Shown here one piece after another: positions 35,901-48,125 of a DNA stretch of 57,876 bases. How positions within the stretch are numbered: the stretch's first letter is position 1; every line of letters begins with the position of its first letter. The DNA is from Octopus bimaculoides (lineage: Eukaryota), in the NCBI RefSeq assembly GCF_001194135.2, contig NC_068991.1, forward strand, positions 72,934,228-72,992,103. The letters are read 5' to 3'. A model generated the notes under the pieces. The model did no database searches and was not told the DNA's origin. It worked only from the letters and a program-made list of their open reading frames with translations. A program made the position numbers and the translations under genes.

Positions 35901-37175
35901 TTCATTTACTCTGTTTGTAATATCTTTAAATATATAAGGAAGTTTGAAGTGGAAGGAAATTGATGATGACATGTTGGAAACATTTAGTCCATAGTAAATT
36001 TCAAAGAAGGGTCGGATCAGTTGGTTTGATTTACAGGTTGTAACATCTAGCGTTTCGGGTTTTTGCCCTTTGTCTGTTAGCGAGAAATAAAGAGAATGAA
36101 GTGTCGAGTTTTAGGTTTTAATCACGTAAGTGAATATGAGTGTTTACTTGCGTACATTTGAACCAAGAACGCTTTTCTCATTTCACTCTCTCTTTGAGAA
36201 TGTGAATAAATGAAACGTTAAAAATCACATTCATCATGGCAATTGAACATTTTCAACTTTCGTGTGAACTCTCCCGTTATAAAGATATTATTCAAGTGAT
36301 TGCTAACCTATTTAAGTCTACCTACGACATTTCGCTGATTTGGAACTAATTTCATACCACAATACAGAGACTTGTGAAGGAAAGTAACAAAGTGTATTTT
36401 AATTTTACGCCGTATGTGGCATACGCCTTCACAATGCATGCAATAAATATATACACACATATCTGTATGTGTGTGTTTGTGTGTGTGTGTGTATAGCTAA
36501 CAGTACTTATTGGTTTCAGCCACAATCAATAGAAAAATTACCTGATTATAGTTGCAGTGTTCGGTAACATCTTCATATGACTGCTGTTTTAATACATTTC
36601 CTTTCCCTTAACGTACAAAATAAATATGTGCGCCTTCTTCGATGATGTTTCTGCCACCATTTTTAATTAAATCAGTGACGATATCCAATATTCAATAAGA
36701 ATATTCTTACACAAGTATTACAAGTATTTTTGTACAAATACTGCCTTGTATTTATACAGGAATACATTAAATAATGATTGCAAAGACTAACTTCATAAAA
36801 TATTTATTTCGCTCTTTTATATATATTTTTTGTATTTTTCTGATTTATATTTTCTATGATTATCATTGCCTGGAGTTAATTACATTTTTGAAATTAATTT
36901 TCAATTCCATATACGAATGAATTGATAGAGAAGGTGGCATTTAATTAATTGAATAAATTGTTTATAATCAATAGTTATTTCTGTAAGATTTCAGTCGATT
37001 TCTCTGTCATTTACAATGTGATCAACGTTTGTTTGTATGCGAGGTTTTATCATTTCCGTGACAAGATTTCTAGGTTCCTGGCCAAATAACCCAGACGATA
37101 TTTCTTCACAGAATCTCTTTTTTAATATAACACAGCACACATATATACACATATCAATACATCAATAGACACGTA

Positions 37176-37224
<49 letters not shown>

Positions 37225-37287
37225 ATGTGTGTGTGTGTGTGTGTGTATGTGTGTGTGTGTGTGTGTTTATGTATATGTGCGTATATG

Positions 37288-37325
<38 letters not shown>

Positions 37326-38239
37326 AACACACACACTTAAAGAGTCCGGTACTTTGTGCAGATAAAGCATTTCAATGAAGTAAATTCACCACCACCAAGA
37401 CCATCACCACAACCACGGCCACCACCACCACCACCACCACAACCACCACCACCGCCGCTACCGCCGCTGCCACCAGCACCACCATCTCCAATACTTCTAA
37501 CAATAACAGCCACAATAGACTTCTAGGCATGAACTACTACACTGGGATACGCAGAACCGATAAGATAAGTGCTGTGTGGCAACGTTCACTGCTTTCAAAA
37601 CTAGCGACATTTTTATTAAGTTTATCGGACGTTACAAGAAAAGCATCGTAACCGAATGCTCACACTGCACCCCATACGAGGAAAGACCACGAAATACACA
37701 GTTATATATTGTTGTTTTAATGTATAAGCATAGCAACGACAGTCCACCTGAGAACTAGCATTCAATGATTTAACGACACGCGCCATTTTTATCTGTTGTT
37801 TATGAAATGCTGGTTTTATTACGAAGTCACACACATAACCTTACAGAATTGCTGGTGAATATAAAAATACGAAATAAAGTATAGAATTAAAAATAGTAAA
37901 GTTGACATCATAATTTATTTGATAGTTTGTTAGTATTAAATTGCATTAAAAACTGCAGTAGCACTTAATTTAGTTTTAAATTGCATTAATAAGAGCACCG
38001 GTTATCTAACCACTCACCGTAAAGCGATATTATCCACTTAAAGCACATTAAATCTAAACAGTCACACGCATGCGCGCGTGGACACACACAAATACACTCA
38101 CACACTCGCACCCTCACACACTTGCACCCCCCACATACACACATGCACACAGACTCAAGCACACACACATATATATTCGATCCTATGTTTGTATTAAAAC
38201 GTTTCGTTCATGCATAATATTGTCAAAAATGGAAGGAGG

Positions 38240-38450
38240 TGAGCTGAAAGAAACGTTAGCACGCCGGGCAAAATGCTTAATGGTATTTCGTCTGTCTTTA
38301 CGTTCTGAGTTCAAATATCGCCGAGGTCGATTTTGCCTTTCATCCTTTCGGGGTTGATAAATTAAGTATCAGTTGCGCACTGGAGTCGATCTAATTCCGG
38401 ACCTTGTGCCAAAAATGTAGGGCCTTGTGCCATGAGTAGAAAAGAATATT
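38240..38450 (+). mobile_element. SINE family A
   Basis: Full tRNA-like head and body. Confidence 0.8.
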
Positions 38451-39014
38451 GTCAAAAATGTATATCTATCTATCTATCTATCTATTTATCTCTATCTGGA
38501 GCAAGAAATCTTTTATTTCATTTTGAATTGAAAGGAAATTTAGGAAAATCGACAGTGACTACGTATCGGAGAGTGAACATCACTGTTATTACCAGAGCTG
38601 CAGAGCTAAGTGTTGGGAACTTCAAGATTTAGGAAGAAAATCTCATTAAAAAATGTTACTTCCTTATCAAAAGGCCAGAAGGAATTGCATCAAGCGCAAT
38701 GGTTAATCTCAGAACTCTCATCTCCCGTGAAATGCGAAACACACCTCCACTTACTCTGCTATTTTGTACAGATGCATTTTCTAACCAAAAATACAAAGAA
38801 CTCATACAAAGGTCGTTGTACACTGAAAGCAATCTCATTTACGGCATATTTCACTCATATACATGCGCAATGAATTTAGCCCTTCACATAGACTTGCATA
38901 GATAACAAAATAATACGTCTCCCATTTGTCTTCACATGTTGAAAGTGTTGCTTCTCTTCGTTTTGGACATCGTTTCAACTGAATTACCGCGATGACGTTC
39001 TAAATCACACTTTG

Positions 39015-39049
<35 letters not shown>

Positions 39050-39068
39050 ATATCTATCTATCTAGCTA

Positions 39069-39122
<54 letters not shown>

Positions 39123-39339
39123 AATTCAGCTTTTTTCCTATGAATTAATTATTATAGAATGCCTACTTGGGCTCGTTCTTATGTGAAACCAATAACCATG
39201 TAGCAGTTATCACCTATCTTATTTACTCTGCACCTCGTTATCATACCCTACACCTTCTTAAAAAAGAAGGGATGCGTTTTAACGGGATTGAATGTAAACA
39301 ATTATTATATCACTTCTATATAGCCACTTAACCTTTTTC

Positions 39340-39500
39340 TGTTCTCTCTCTTTGTTTATATTTGTGTTTTTTTTTTTGTCGGAGAGCGTAGGCTCGAAAC
39401 GTAAAAGACTTTCTCATTTTCCCGAGCGTCAAACTAATACATCTATTTGTTGATTATACACCCGTCTTCGCCTTTTATTTTTTTGTAAATTCTCACTATA
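39340..39500 (+). mobile_element. PLE-type terminal repeat family 2 with degenerate hammerhead
   Basis: GAGC-GTAG-GCTC-GAAAC-GTA-AAAG at 39384-39407; ends directly in (TA)n. Confidence 0.65.
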
Positions 39501-39502
39501 TA

Positions 39503-39538
<36 letters not shown>

Positions 39539-39574
39539 TGTATGTATAATAAATAAATAAATAAATATATATAT

Positions 39575-39805
39575 CATAAAAAATTTTAAAGACGAAGAAA
39601 AACACAAGGAAAAAGAATAACGCGAGGACGTGCTACACGTAAAGTATTAGTAGACGCTCAGGGAAGGAAAGAAATGTAGTTTTACGCCTCGAGCAAAGCT
39701 CTTCTTCAGAAAAAGGAGACAGAGGAAAGTCCAGGAGAAAAGGAAGATAGAGCGAAAAACATCGCCAACGATCCACATGTAGTTAAATTTTGAAATATAT
39801 ATATA
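39575..39805 (-). mobile_element. PLE-type terminal repeat family 3 with degenerate hammerhead
   Basis: Reverse strand reads TTT-CTGAAGA-A-GAGC-TTT-GCTC-GAGGC-GTA-AAA (39680-39712); single copy in the window. Confidence 0.5.
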
Positions 39806-40087
39806 TATATGTATGTCTTTTTTAACTGTCATATAATATTCAATGTAGAAAATATTTTATATGAACTTCTGAGGAATTTAATGAGTTTAATACACGAATG
39901 TTGCGTAATCAGTTTGGATATGAATGGATAGCATTCTTTGCCACATTCCTCCTTTAAAAACAAACTGTCTTTATAACAACAACCAGAATAGACATAATTC
40001 TTGACACACCTCCATATACTTTACACTTCTGAAAATCTAATGGCAACCAGTAAAGTGAATTCCTATATTTTAAAATATAATTAAATT

Positions 40088-40207
40088 CATTATTTACATT
40101 ATTTACATTTGAAGGATATTTGTCCTCTTTTTATTTGTTAACACAATGTTTCGGCTGATATACCCTCCAGCCTTCATCAAGTGTCTTGGGAGAATTTCGA
40201 ACCTGGG
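40088..40207 (-). mobile_element. Inverted partial copy of family-1 hammerhead unit
   Basis: Reverse complement of about 40483-40606; core reads TTGATGA...GAAAC-ATT (two substitutions). Confidence 0.85.
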
Positions 40208-40275
40208 CATATGACGTAGTGGTTAAGAGCGTGGTCTACTAACACCAATATTCCGAGTTCGATTCTAGGCTGTGA

Positions 40276-40279
<4 letters not shown>
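40205..40279 (+). mobile_element. tRNA-derived SINE head (Pol III A/B boxes), not a functional tRNA
   Basis: A-box-like TGACGTAGTGGTT and B-box GAGTTCGATTC with tRNA spacing; acceptor stem does not close; runs straight into (AAT)n. Confidence 0.75.
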
Positions 40280-40355
<76 letters not shown>

Positions 40356-40358
<3 letters not shown>

Positions 40359-40440
40359 CCACAGCACATACCCAAGGCGCACAGAGCTGCACTCGGTAGT
40401 GAAGTGAAAGCACGTTATAAAAATAAAACTACTGAACAAT
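40356..40440 (+). mobile_element. R4/Dong-like family i extreme 3' end nested in (AAT)n
   Basis: Near-identical to 43068-43152 and 32496-32580. Confidence 0.85.
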
Positions 40441-40456
40441 AATAATAATAATAATT

Positions 40457-40643
40457 ACATCGAAAAATACCTTAGGAATGAGAACCCAGGTTCGAAATTT
40501 CCCCAAGACACCTGATGAAGGCTGGAGGGTATATCAGCCGAAACGTTGTGTTAACAACAAATAAGATGAGAACAAATATCCGTCAAATGTAAATAATGTA
40601 AATAATGTACATAATTCCTCATATCTTAAATATTGAACTGTAT
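40457..40643 (+). mobile_element. Family-1 PLE-type tail containing the intact hammerhead
   Basis: Homologous to both halves of 26461-26696. Confidence 0.8.
40507..40552 (+). ncRNA. Minimal type-I hammerhead ribozyme
   Basis: Stem I GACAC/GTGTT; core CTGATGA (40512-18); extra A; stem II GGCTG/CAGCC; GAAA-C; GTT triplet, predicted cut after 40547; helix III reduced to palindromic ACGT. Activity not shown. Confidence 0.8.
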
Positions 40644-41019
40644 AATTAAACTCAAATTAATTTTAATATATTCTCTGTGTATTTTCAACTTCATTACTTT
40701 CGTTTTTTTATATTTTGAGTTCAAAGCCGTCAATTTTACCGCGGTTAATAAAATAAACACCTGTCAAAGACAAGTGCTAATGTAGTCAACCTTCATTTCT
40801 CTTCATTACAGCTGGTGTTGTGCTAAGATTAAGAATCATTATTACAACGAAGCTGGACAGTGTGGGTGTACCCACAAAGCATAAAATCCAAGAGACTGCG
40901 GTTTTGCGTTCTGTAATATTAGGTTCTGCGATTAAATGACACAATGATCAGCTTTGCTTGTCATTATCCATAGGTCGACAGGAAGACGACGAGTTGGTGG
41001 AACTTTTGGTGTGTCGGAC

Positions 41020-41195
41020 AAAATACTTAGCGGCATTTCTTCCTGCCCTTTACATTCTGAGGTCAAAGGCCGCCGAGGTTTGCATTTCACTTTCGGGATC
41101 GATAAAATACGAATTCTTGAGCACTGGGGATCGATGTAATCTACTTCCCTTCCCCTCAAAATTACTGGCCTTGTGCTAAGAATTTGAAATAATTA
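41020..41195 (+). mobile_element. SINE family A, diverged
   Basis: Family consensus. Confidence 0.7.
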
Positions 41196-41666
41196 TTGGA
41201 CATACCACTAAGTAATTTAAAACAGTCAAATGTTTATTATGTTGGGAAAAATGCTGAACATAACGAAATCACACTACCATAAACAAAAAAAAAAAATAAT
41301 TAAACATATATTTAATTTAAAAACTAATTTGGTCTCATCATTTAAAATTTGCAATAAGTTGCTTAAAAATCAGTTAAGACTAAATTTCTATTTATATTTG
41401 TTTTCTTATAGAAAATAAAACAGATAATCTGAAAATAAATGGCAAAAAGTATTTAAGTACACAAAAAAAAGATAAATAAATAATGCGATTCTATCATTTA
41501 AAAAATAATTGTTCTTATCAAAACAAGATTGTCAACATTAAGTTTTCATGCATTTCTCGGCTGATTTTTTAGCTGAATAGTAATTTTCAATATATATGGT
41601 GTCAAATCATATGTTTTTCTATCAGTTTGTCATCCGGTCGTTATGTTTCTGACGAGAGTGTTTGTT

Positions 41667-41912
41667 TTTGGAGTAAAGATTGTTTGCCCACATAACATGG
41701 CTGTCCTGGTTTAAGACGAATGTTGCTGCAATTTAGTCCCAGGAGACAACATCTCCAGCTGGCTATACGACACGATCTGTGCCATTATGTTTTCGAACAC
41801 AGATCATGTCGTATGGCCAGTTGGAGACGATGTCTCCTTGGGTTAAATTACAGCAACATTCGTCCTAAACCAGGACTGCCATGTTATGTTGGCAAACAAT
41901 CTTTACTCCAAA
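41667..41912. repeat. 246-bp fold-back (MITE-like): 115-bp arms, 16-nt loop
   Basis: 41667-41781 and 41798-41912 are colinear reverse complements with about a dozen substitutions. Confidence 0.95.
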
Positions 41913-42007
41913 GTACTGTTGCTGAATATCTCTCGTTGTGAGATTTACAAATGATAATTTTGTAGTGTTTGTTTTTGATGAAGCTGATGTACGTATACAT
42001 ATCTACA

Positions 42008-42069
<62 letters not shown>

Positions 42070-42109
42070 ATAGGCACTTGGTCTGAATGTTTGGGTGGCG
42101 GTTAACGAC

Positions 42110-42215
42110 CCCGAAAGGATGAAAGGCAAAGTCGATCTCGGTACAATTTGAACACAGAACGTAAAGATGAACGAAATGACGCTATGGATTTTGTCCAGCG
42201 TGTTAACGATTCTGC
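42110..42215 (-). mobile_element. SINE family A, partial
   Basis: CGACCCCGAAAGGATGAAAGGCAAAGTCGA. Confidence 0.75.
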
Positions 42216-42228
42216 TATCTCACCTATG

Positions 42229-42315
<87 letters not shown>

Positions 42316-42411
42316 GTAATTGTAATAATAATAATGATGATGATGATGTTGACGACGAAGATGATGATGATGATAATAATAATGATAAAGATAAAAAATA
42401 ATAATGATGAT

Positions 42412-42555
42412 GATTGGCGCTCTTGGAAGTATCAACACTCAGCTACCAACTTGGCTCAAAAAGATTGGTACAAGTGTAAAGATAGAACACCAAGATAAAT
42501 CATTATTGCTTCCAACTGCAAGGGTTTCCAGCAGAGATCTTGAAGGATGATCAGT
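42412..42555 (+). mobile_element. R4/Dong-like 3' end, family iv, degenerate
   Basis: IGALGSINTQLPTWLKKIG...LLLPTARV immediately after an (AAT/GAT)n run. Confidence 0.55.
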
Positions 42556-42658
42556 GAACAAGTATCATCTTAGTCTGCTTGCTCTGGGCATCTGACACTT
42601 TTCATCATTACCAGCAAAATAGGCTGAGAGGTTTCATCAATAAATAATGATGATGATG

Positions 42659-42719
<61 letters not shown>

Positions 42720-42730
42720 TGATGATGATG

Positions 42731-42789
<59 letters not shown>

Positions 42790-42842
42790 TATAATAATAA
42801 TAATAATAGTAATAATAATAATAATAATGATGATAATAATAA

Positions 42843-43149
42843 TACAAAGACCTGGAAATAGAGGTAACTCGAATGTGGAATCTAAAAACAGAAACAATTC
42901 CTATCATAGTAGGTGCCTTAGGTATAATAAAAAAATATTCAGACAAATACATAACAAAAACACCAGGACTTACAAATATATATAACATACAGAAAATTGC
43001 ACTACTGGGCACTGCACACATCCTACGCAAAACACTTTCAATACAGTAACCATAAGAGCATCGCAGCAAACCACAGCACATACCCAAGGCACACAGAGCT
43101 GCGCTCGGTAGTGAAGTGAAAGCACGTTATAAAAATAAAACTACTGAAC

Positions 43150-43152
<3 letters not shown>
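42843..43152 (+). mobile_element. R4/Dong-like 3' end, family i
   Basis: Open frame 42843-43049 YKDLEIEVTRMWNLKTETIPIIVGALG...QKIALLGTAHILRKTLSIQ*, the RLE endonuclease C-terminus; (AAT)n on both sides. Confidence 0.85.
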
Positions 43153-43201
<49 letters not shown>

Positions 43202-43684
43202 GTGAGGATGATCGTGTGAAAGTTTTGGCACATGACCAGTATTTTTAACGGAAAGCTAATGTCAATACTGCTTTTAATCAAAGACCCTAATTTAACGGAA
43301 CTGAGTGCTGCCCTCTATCGTGCTTCATGTGCTGTGACCTCATTACTAACTCTGTTCTATTAATGATTCCTGACACCGACACATGACCATCACAGTTCAA
43401 TTACTTGAATGACACTTCAATTAAATGTTGTGTCCAGCACATCCATCTGAATGACACAGACGTTTATTTGACGTGATCGTCCGTCTTTTGCGTATATCGT
43501 AGTAGACAACTTCTTCAACCTGACGTCAAGTTTTATAGATTATAAAGAACCCATTAACTTCGATTTATATATTAATCGCTTCTTTTTTTAATTGTATGAC
43601 GTTAAAAACAACAACAACAATAACAAAAAGATCTTATTTGCGGTAATTCAGATAACGATAAATTATTGCTTGTACACGCGCAAG

Positions 43685-43715
<31 letters not shown>

Positions 43716-43903
43716 ACACGCACACATATAAATATGTATATAGTCTTGAACGACACCTTTTAAAATATTGTCTTGGAGAAATAGTAATTTATTTTACTCG
43801 ACTAATCTGCGCCGAACATATTCTCAAAGAACCTACTTACCCTTTCATATAAGTCTGTATATATACATACTTATACTGCCTGTCTGTCTGTTTGTCTGTC
43901 AAA

Positions 43904-43965
<62 letters not shown>

Positions 43966-44721
43966 GTCCGTCCGTCTGTCTCTGTGTCTCTCTCAGTCAG
44001 TCTGTCCGTCAGTCAGCCTGTCTGTCTGTCTGCTTATTTATCTATCTATACGAGTGTGTGTATGTGTTTATTCGTGTGTATGTCTGTGTGTGTCTGTGTA
44101 TGTTTGCGTACATGTGTGTATGTATGTATCTATATTTGTAAAGTGTTGGCGCGCAGCTTCATGGCCAATGCTTTGCAATTACGATTACAAGACAATGGTT
44201 TTGAATAGTTTTTTTCTAAAGTAAAAGTTTTCATTTCACATTTCTCTACAAATCGCTTTGACATCTGACGTGAGACACGCCCTTTTCTGTCAGGTTATGA
44301 GAGGAAGGTCACAAAAGTGCATCCATATATGTGTGTGTACTTGAAGCCTAAATCAAAACGAGTTTTATCATATTTTAAGTACTCAGTTTCCCATTAATAT
44401 ATATTTTGTCGGTATGCTTTATAATAATAATCACACACACACACACATACGCGCGCGCGCGCGCGTAACACCACCACTTAATGAATCGTACACACATATA
44501 TGTACGCAAGATCTTGTGATTACAAATGTGTGTTCGCGCACTTTTTTTCTTCACGTGACCTATGTACATTTATCTATATATATATTTCGATAAGTACGAA
44601 CGCCAGCAGAAGTTGTATAGTAAATTTCTTCAGTCACATTCTTCTTCTGATAATCTCTTAAATAACTTTTGCCGATGATCTGCGCAATCTTTTCATTTAC
44701 TCGTTTTTATTTTATTCTCAG

Positions 44722-44767
44722 TAACGGATCCTTTGAACATATCGCTTCTGAATATAAGGCTTATAAA
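44722..44767 (+). other. Candidate 46-nt exon
   Basis: Strong acceptor TTTTTATTTTATTCTCAG and donor AAA|GTAAGA; NGSFEHIASEYKAYK is open. Confidence 0.35.
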
Positions 44768-45250
44768 GTAAGACAATCATAAAACCGCATCAACGCGTGC
44801 ACTAGGTAATCGGAAATGATTACAAATGTGTCATAAAGAAACTGCAATCAAATTAACAGACCTGTTGTTTTTAAGAACCTAATTATAAGAACCAAAAGAT
44901 GAACGTCACTTAATTAACTTTAGAGATAACATATACAAAAATAAACAAAGCTACGATATATCTGAATGCGGATTCGGTCATGTTTCTGATGTGGAATTTG
45001 CTCTGATGTTGATTTTTAATTAACTTTTCTAATAATTTTTCCCACTTAATAATATATAATCATCAAGACACATATATCCTTACTATAGGAAATGTTCATA
45101 TAATCAAGTGAAGGTTCATTAAACCTAACAGAACAATGTGATATGTATGTTTAATTTAGGTGTATATGTGATGGAATACAAATATGAGTTCGAAAATGCG
45201 TAAAAACAAGGATACGAAATAAAAATACCTAAATGAAATGGGTAAGTGGA

Positions 45251-45299
<49 letters not shown>

Positions 45300-45380
45300 T
45301 GTATAAAAATTTTATGTTCAAATTTATGTTTATGTTCAAAAGGGCACTCAAAACCCCAAACCACGAAGAACATTCGCACT

Positions 45381-45900
45381 TTGATTGAAAACGAGGAGGA
45401 CAAAATGGGAGAATTAAAATATCAGTTAATTTTATACTCCGAAGTTTCACCATTCACGATTAAATAAATAAATAGATAAATTACTTAATTGATTAATCAA
45501 GCATAAATGGATCTTTAGTAGAATCGCTGAAGATATATAATTATAAAACTAGAATACGTACCGAAAGCGCAAAGGAAAACACGTGCGTACTTAGTTTCAT
45601 TATACCTCAGGAATTCAAATCAAAATGTCCACAATCAATATGCAGAGCTAGAATAGAACAGCAGTGAATAAATTCAACAGTGAGTTATCTGACCCAAGAA
45701 TTAAAATACTCAAATATATAAAATATAAGGGTAAAAGTTATTGAAATAATGATTTATAAGACTGAAGATCCACGGATGTTTGATTTATCAATTAATTAAT
45801 TAATTAATTAATTAATTGATTTATATTATCACCAATGGTCGGAGTATAGAATTATCTGATATTTTAATTGTCTCAATTTGTCCTCCTCGCTTACAATCAA
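45381..45900. repeat. Inverted repeat with about 140-bp arms and about 240-bp spacer
   Basis: 45381-45519 versus 45761-45900, e.g. CGAGGAGGACAAAATGGGAGAATTAAAATATCAG / CTGATATTTTAATTGTCTCAATTTGTCCTCCTCG. Confidence 0.85.
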
Positions 45901-46102
45901 AAACTGCTCTAAATAAGAATATTTTTCATGGTTTTGTATTTTGACTGCCCTTTTTGTCATGTAAGTAAACCACTTAGTGGTCTTCTCTCCGTGTATAAAT
46001 GTTTATACACTCATATATGTTATAAAAATATTTACATCTACGGCCTATTTTTACGCATGCTAACCACTGGTATAAGTTGTTATATTAACAATGTTAACCC
46101 TT

Positions 46103-46170
<68 letters not shown>

Positions 46171-46181
46171 CATATATATAA

Positions 46182-46410
46182 GGGAGAATTTACGAAAAAT
46201 ATTGCAATCGATGTTTCGCTGAAGGATATACCCATGCCTAACACGAAGGATAATATGCGTGCTCTCCTAGAAAATACCAGCCAGTTCATAAGACGAATGG
46301 GGTGGAAGGCCTTCCATTTCGATACAAATGATATATCTCATGATGAACCAGCACCAAACGACAAACTCATACACACATTCAAGAACACTGAACTGCTTTC
46401 CGTGGCCTGA
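46182..46410 (+). mobile_element. Penelope-like ORF N-terminal fragment
   Basis: SLKDIPMPNTKDNMRALLENTSQFIRRMGWKAFHF, homologous to 7009-7143; begins right after (AT)n. Confidence 0.75.
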
Positions 46411-47104
46411 GAAGGTTTCTTCTGCAATATGGGATGAATTCAATTCCATTACATCGTTCCCCATCAATTAGGGAGCAGCGCAGAATTAAGCAGAAAAGCC
46501 TCCAGTACACTTTCTCCTCCGTATTAATAATTTAGTATATATATATATATATATATATATATNNNNNNNNNNNNNNNNNNNNNNNNNNNNNNNNNNNNNN
46601 NNNNNNNNNNNNNNNNNNNNNNNNNNNNNNNNNNNNNNNNNNNNNNNNNNNNNNNNNNNNNNNNNNNNNNNNNNNNNNNNNNNNNNNNNNNNNNNNNNNN
46701 NNNNNNNNNNNNNNNNNNNNNNNNNNNNNNNNNNNNNNNNNNNNNNNNNNNNNNNNNNNNNNNNNNNNNNNNNNNNNNNNNNNNNNNNNNNNNNNNNNNN
46801 NNNNNNNNNNNNNNNNNNNNNNNNNNNNNNNNNNNNNNNNNNNNNNNNNNNNNNNNNNNNNNNNNNNNNNNNNNNNNNNNNNNNNNNNNNNNNNNNNNNN
46901 NNNNNNNNNNNNNNNNNNNNNNNNNNNNNNNNNNNNNNNNNNNNNNNNNNNNNNNNNNNNNNNNNNNNNNNNNNNNNNNNNNNNNNNNNNNNNNNNNNNN
47001 NNNNNNNNNNNNNNNNNNNNNNNNNNNNNNNNNNNNNNNNNNNNNNNNNNNNNNNNNNNNNNNNNNNNNNNNNNNNNNNNNNNNNNNNNNNNNNNNNNNN
47101 NNNN

Positions 47105-47205
47105 AGGCTTCCAAATAATAAGTCCTGGGGTCGATTTGCTCGACTAAAGGCGGTGCTCCAGCATGGCCACAGTCAAAAAGACTGAAACAAGTAAAAGAGT
47201 AAAAA
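47105..47205 (+). mobile_element. SINE tail (family B)
   Basis: Matches 2470-2518 and extends to the element end. Confidence 0.75.
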
Positions 47206-47249
<44 letters not shown>

Positions 47250-47843
47250 TGGTGTATAGAAGTGGTAAAAAGGTTTCCTCTACATGGTATATAAGTTCCA
47301 GTAGTACTTCTTGTTTAGTAATTTCAAAGTATGGGGCTATGGATTCTGTGTTGCTCATTCGAAATGGTCTTGTGGTGTGAATGAAAATTTGAGAATATAT
47401 TGGTAGTGTTTGTGGATAGATGGGGGAGACGTGTGTATGATTAGAATGAGTTGATAGGTCAAAGTGAAAACAGGAAGACAAAATTAGAGTAAGAAAGAGA
47501 GAAAAGAGCGAGGGTGAAAAAGTGAAGTGAGTGAAAAAAGTGAAAGGGTGAAAGAAATGAGAAAAGGAGTGTTAGTAGGGGTCAAGATAATGTGAGGGGA
47601 GGATGAGAAAGGATTAGGGGATCGGAAGAGATGAGAAGGTAAGGAGTGAATAAGTGTGAGATATGTGAGTAGGGGTGATATGATAGAGCTGCCTTAAGGG
47701 ATGGGTAGAGAAAAGGTATGGGTGTGGTGATACCAAGTGAGTAGTAGTTTTAGTCGCAAAATTTAAAGCGGAGAAAACAATACAAGGATGTCAAATTTCT
47801 ATAAACAGACGTATGTGATTATAGGTTAGTGTGATGGGTAGGA

Positions 47844-47888
<45 letters not shown>

Positions 47889-48088
47889 NNNNNNNNNNNN
47901 NNNNNNNNNNNNNNNNNNNNNNNNNNNNNNNNNNNNNNNNNNNNNNNNNNNNNNNNNNNNNNNNNNNNNNNNNNNNNNNNNNNNNNNNNNNNNNNNNNNN
48001 NNNNNNNNNNNNNNNNNNNNNNNNNNNNNNNNNNNNNNNNNNNNNNNNNNNNNNNNNNNNNNNNNNNNNNNNNNNNNNNNNNNNNNNN

Positions 48089-48125
<37 letters not shown>

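Noticed and set aside
40205-40279. Possible tRNA gene
   Set aside because: Acceptor stem is not formed and it is fused to repeats; treated as a SINE head.
44450-44466. (CG)n after (CA)n, potential Z-DNA
   Set aside because: Short and a common microsatellite by-product.
47245-47830. 78-codon minus-strand frame next to a purine-rich tract
   Set aside because: Possibly a retroelement relic, but no motif could be identified.
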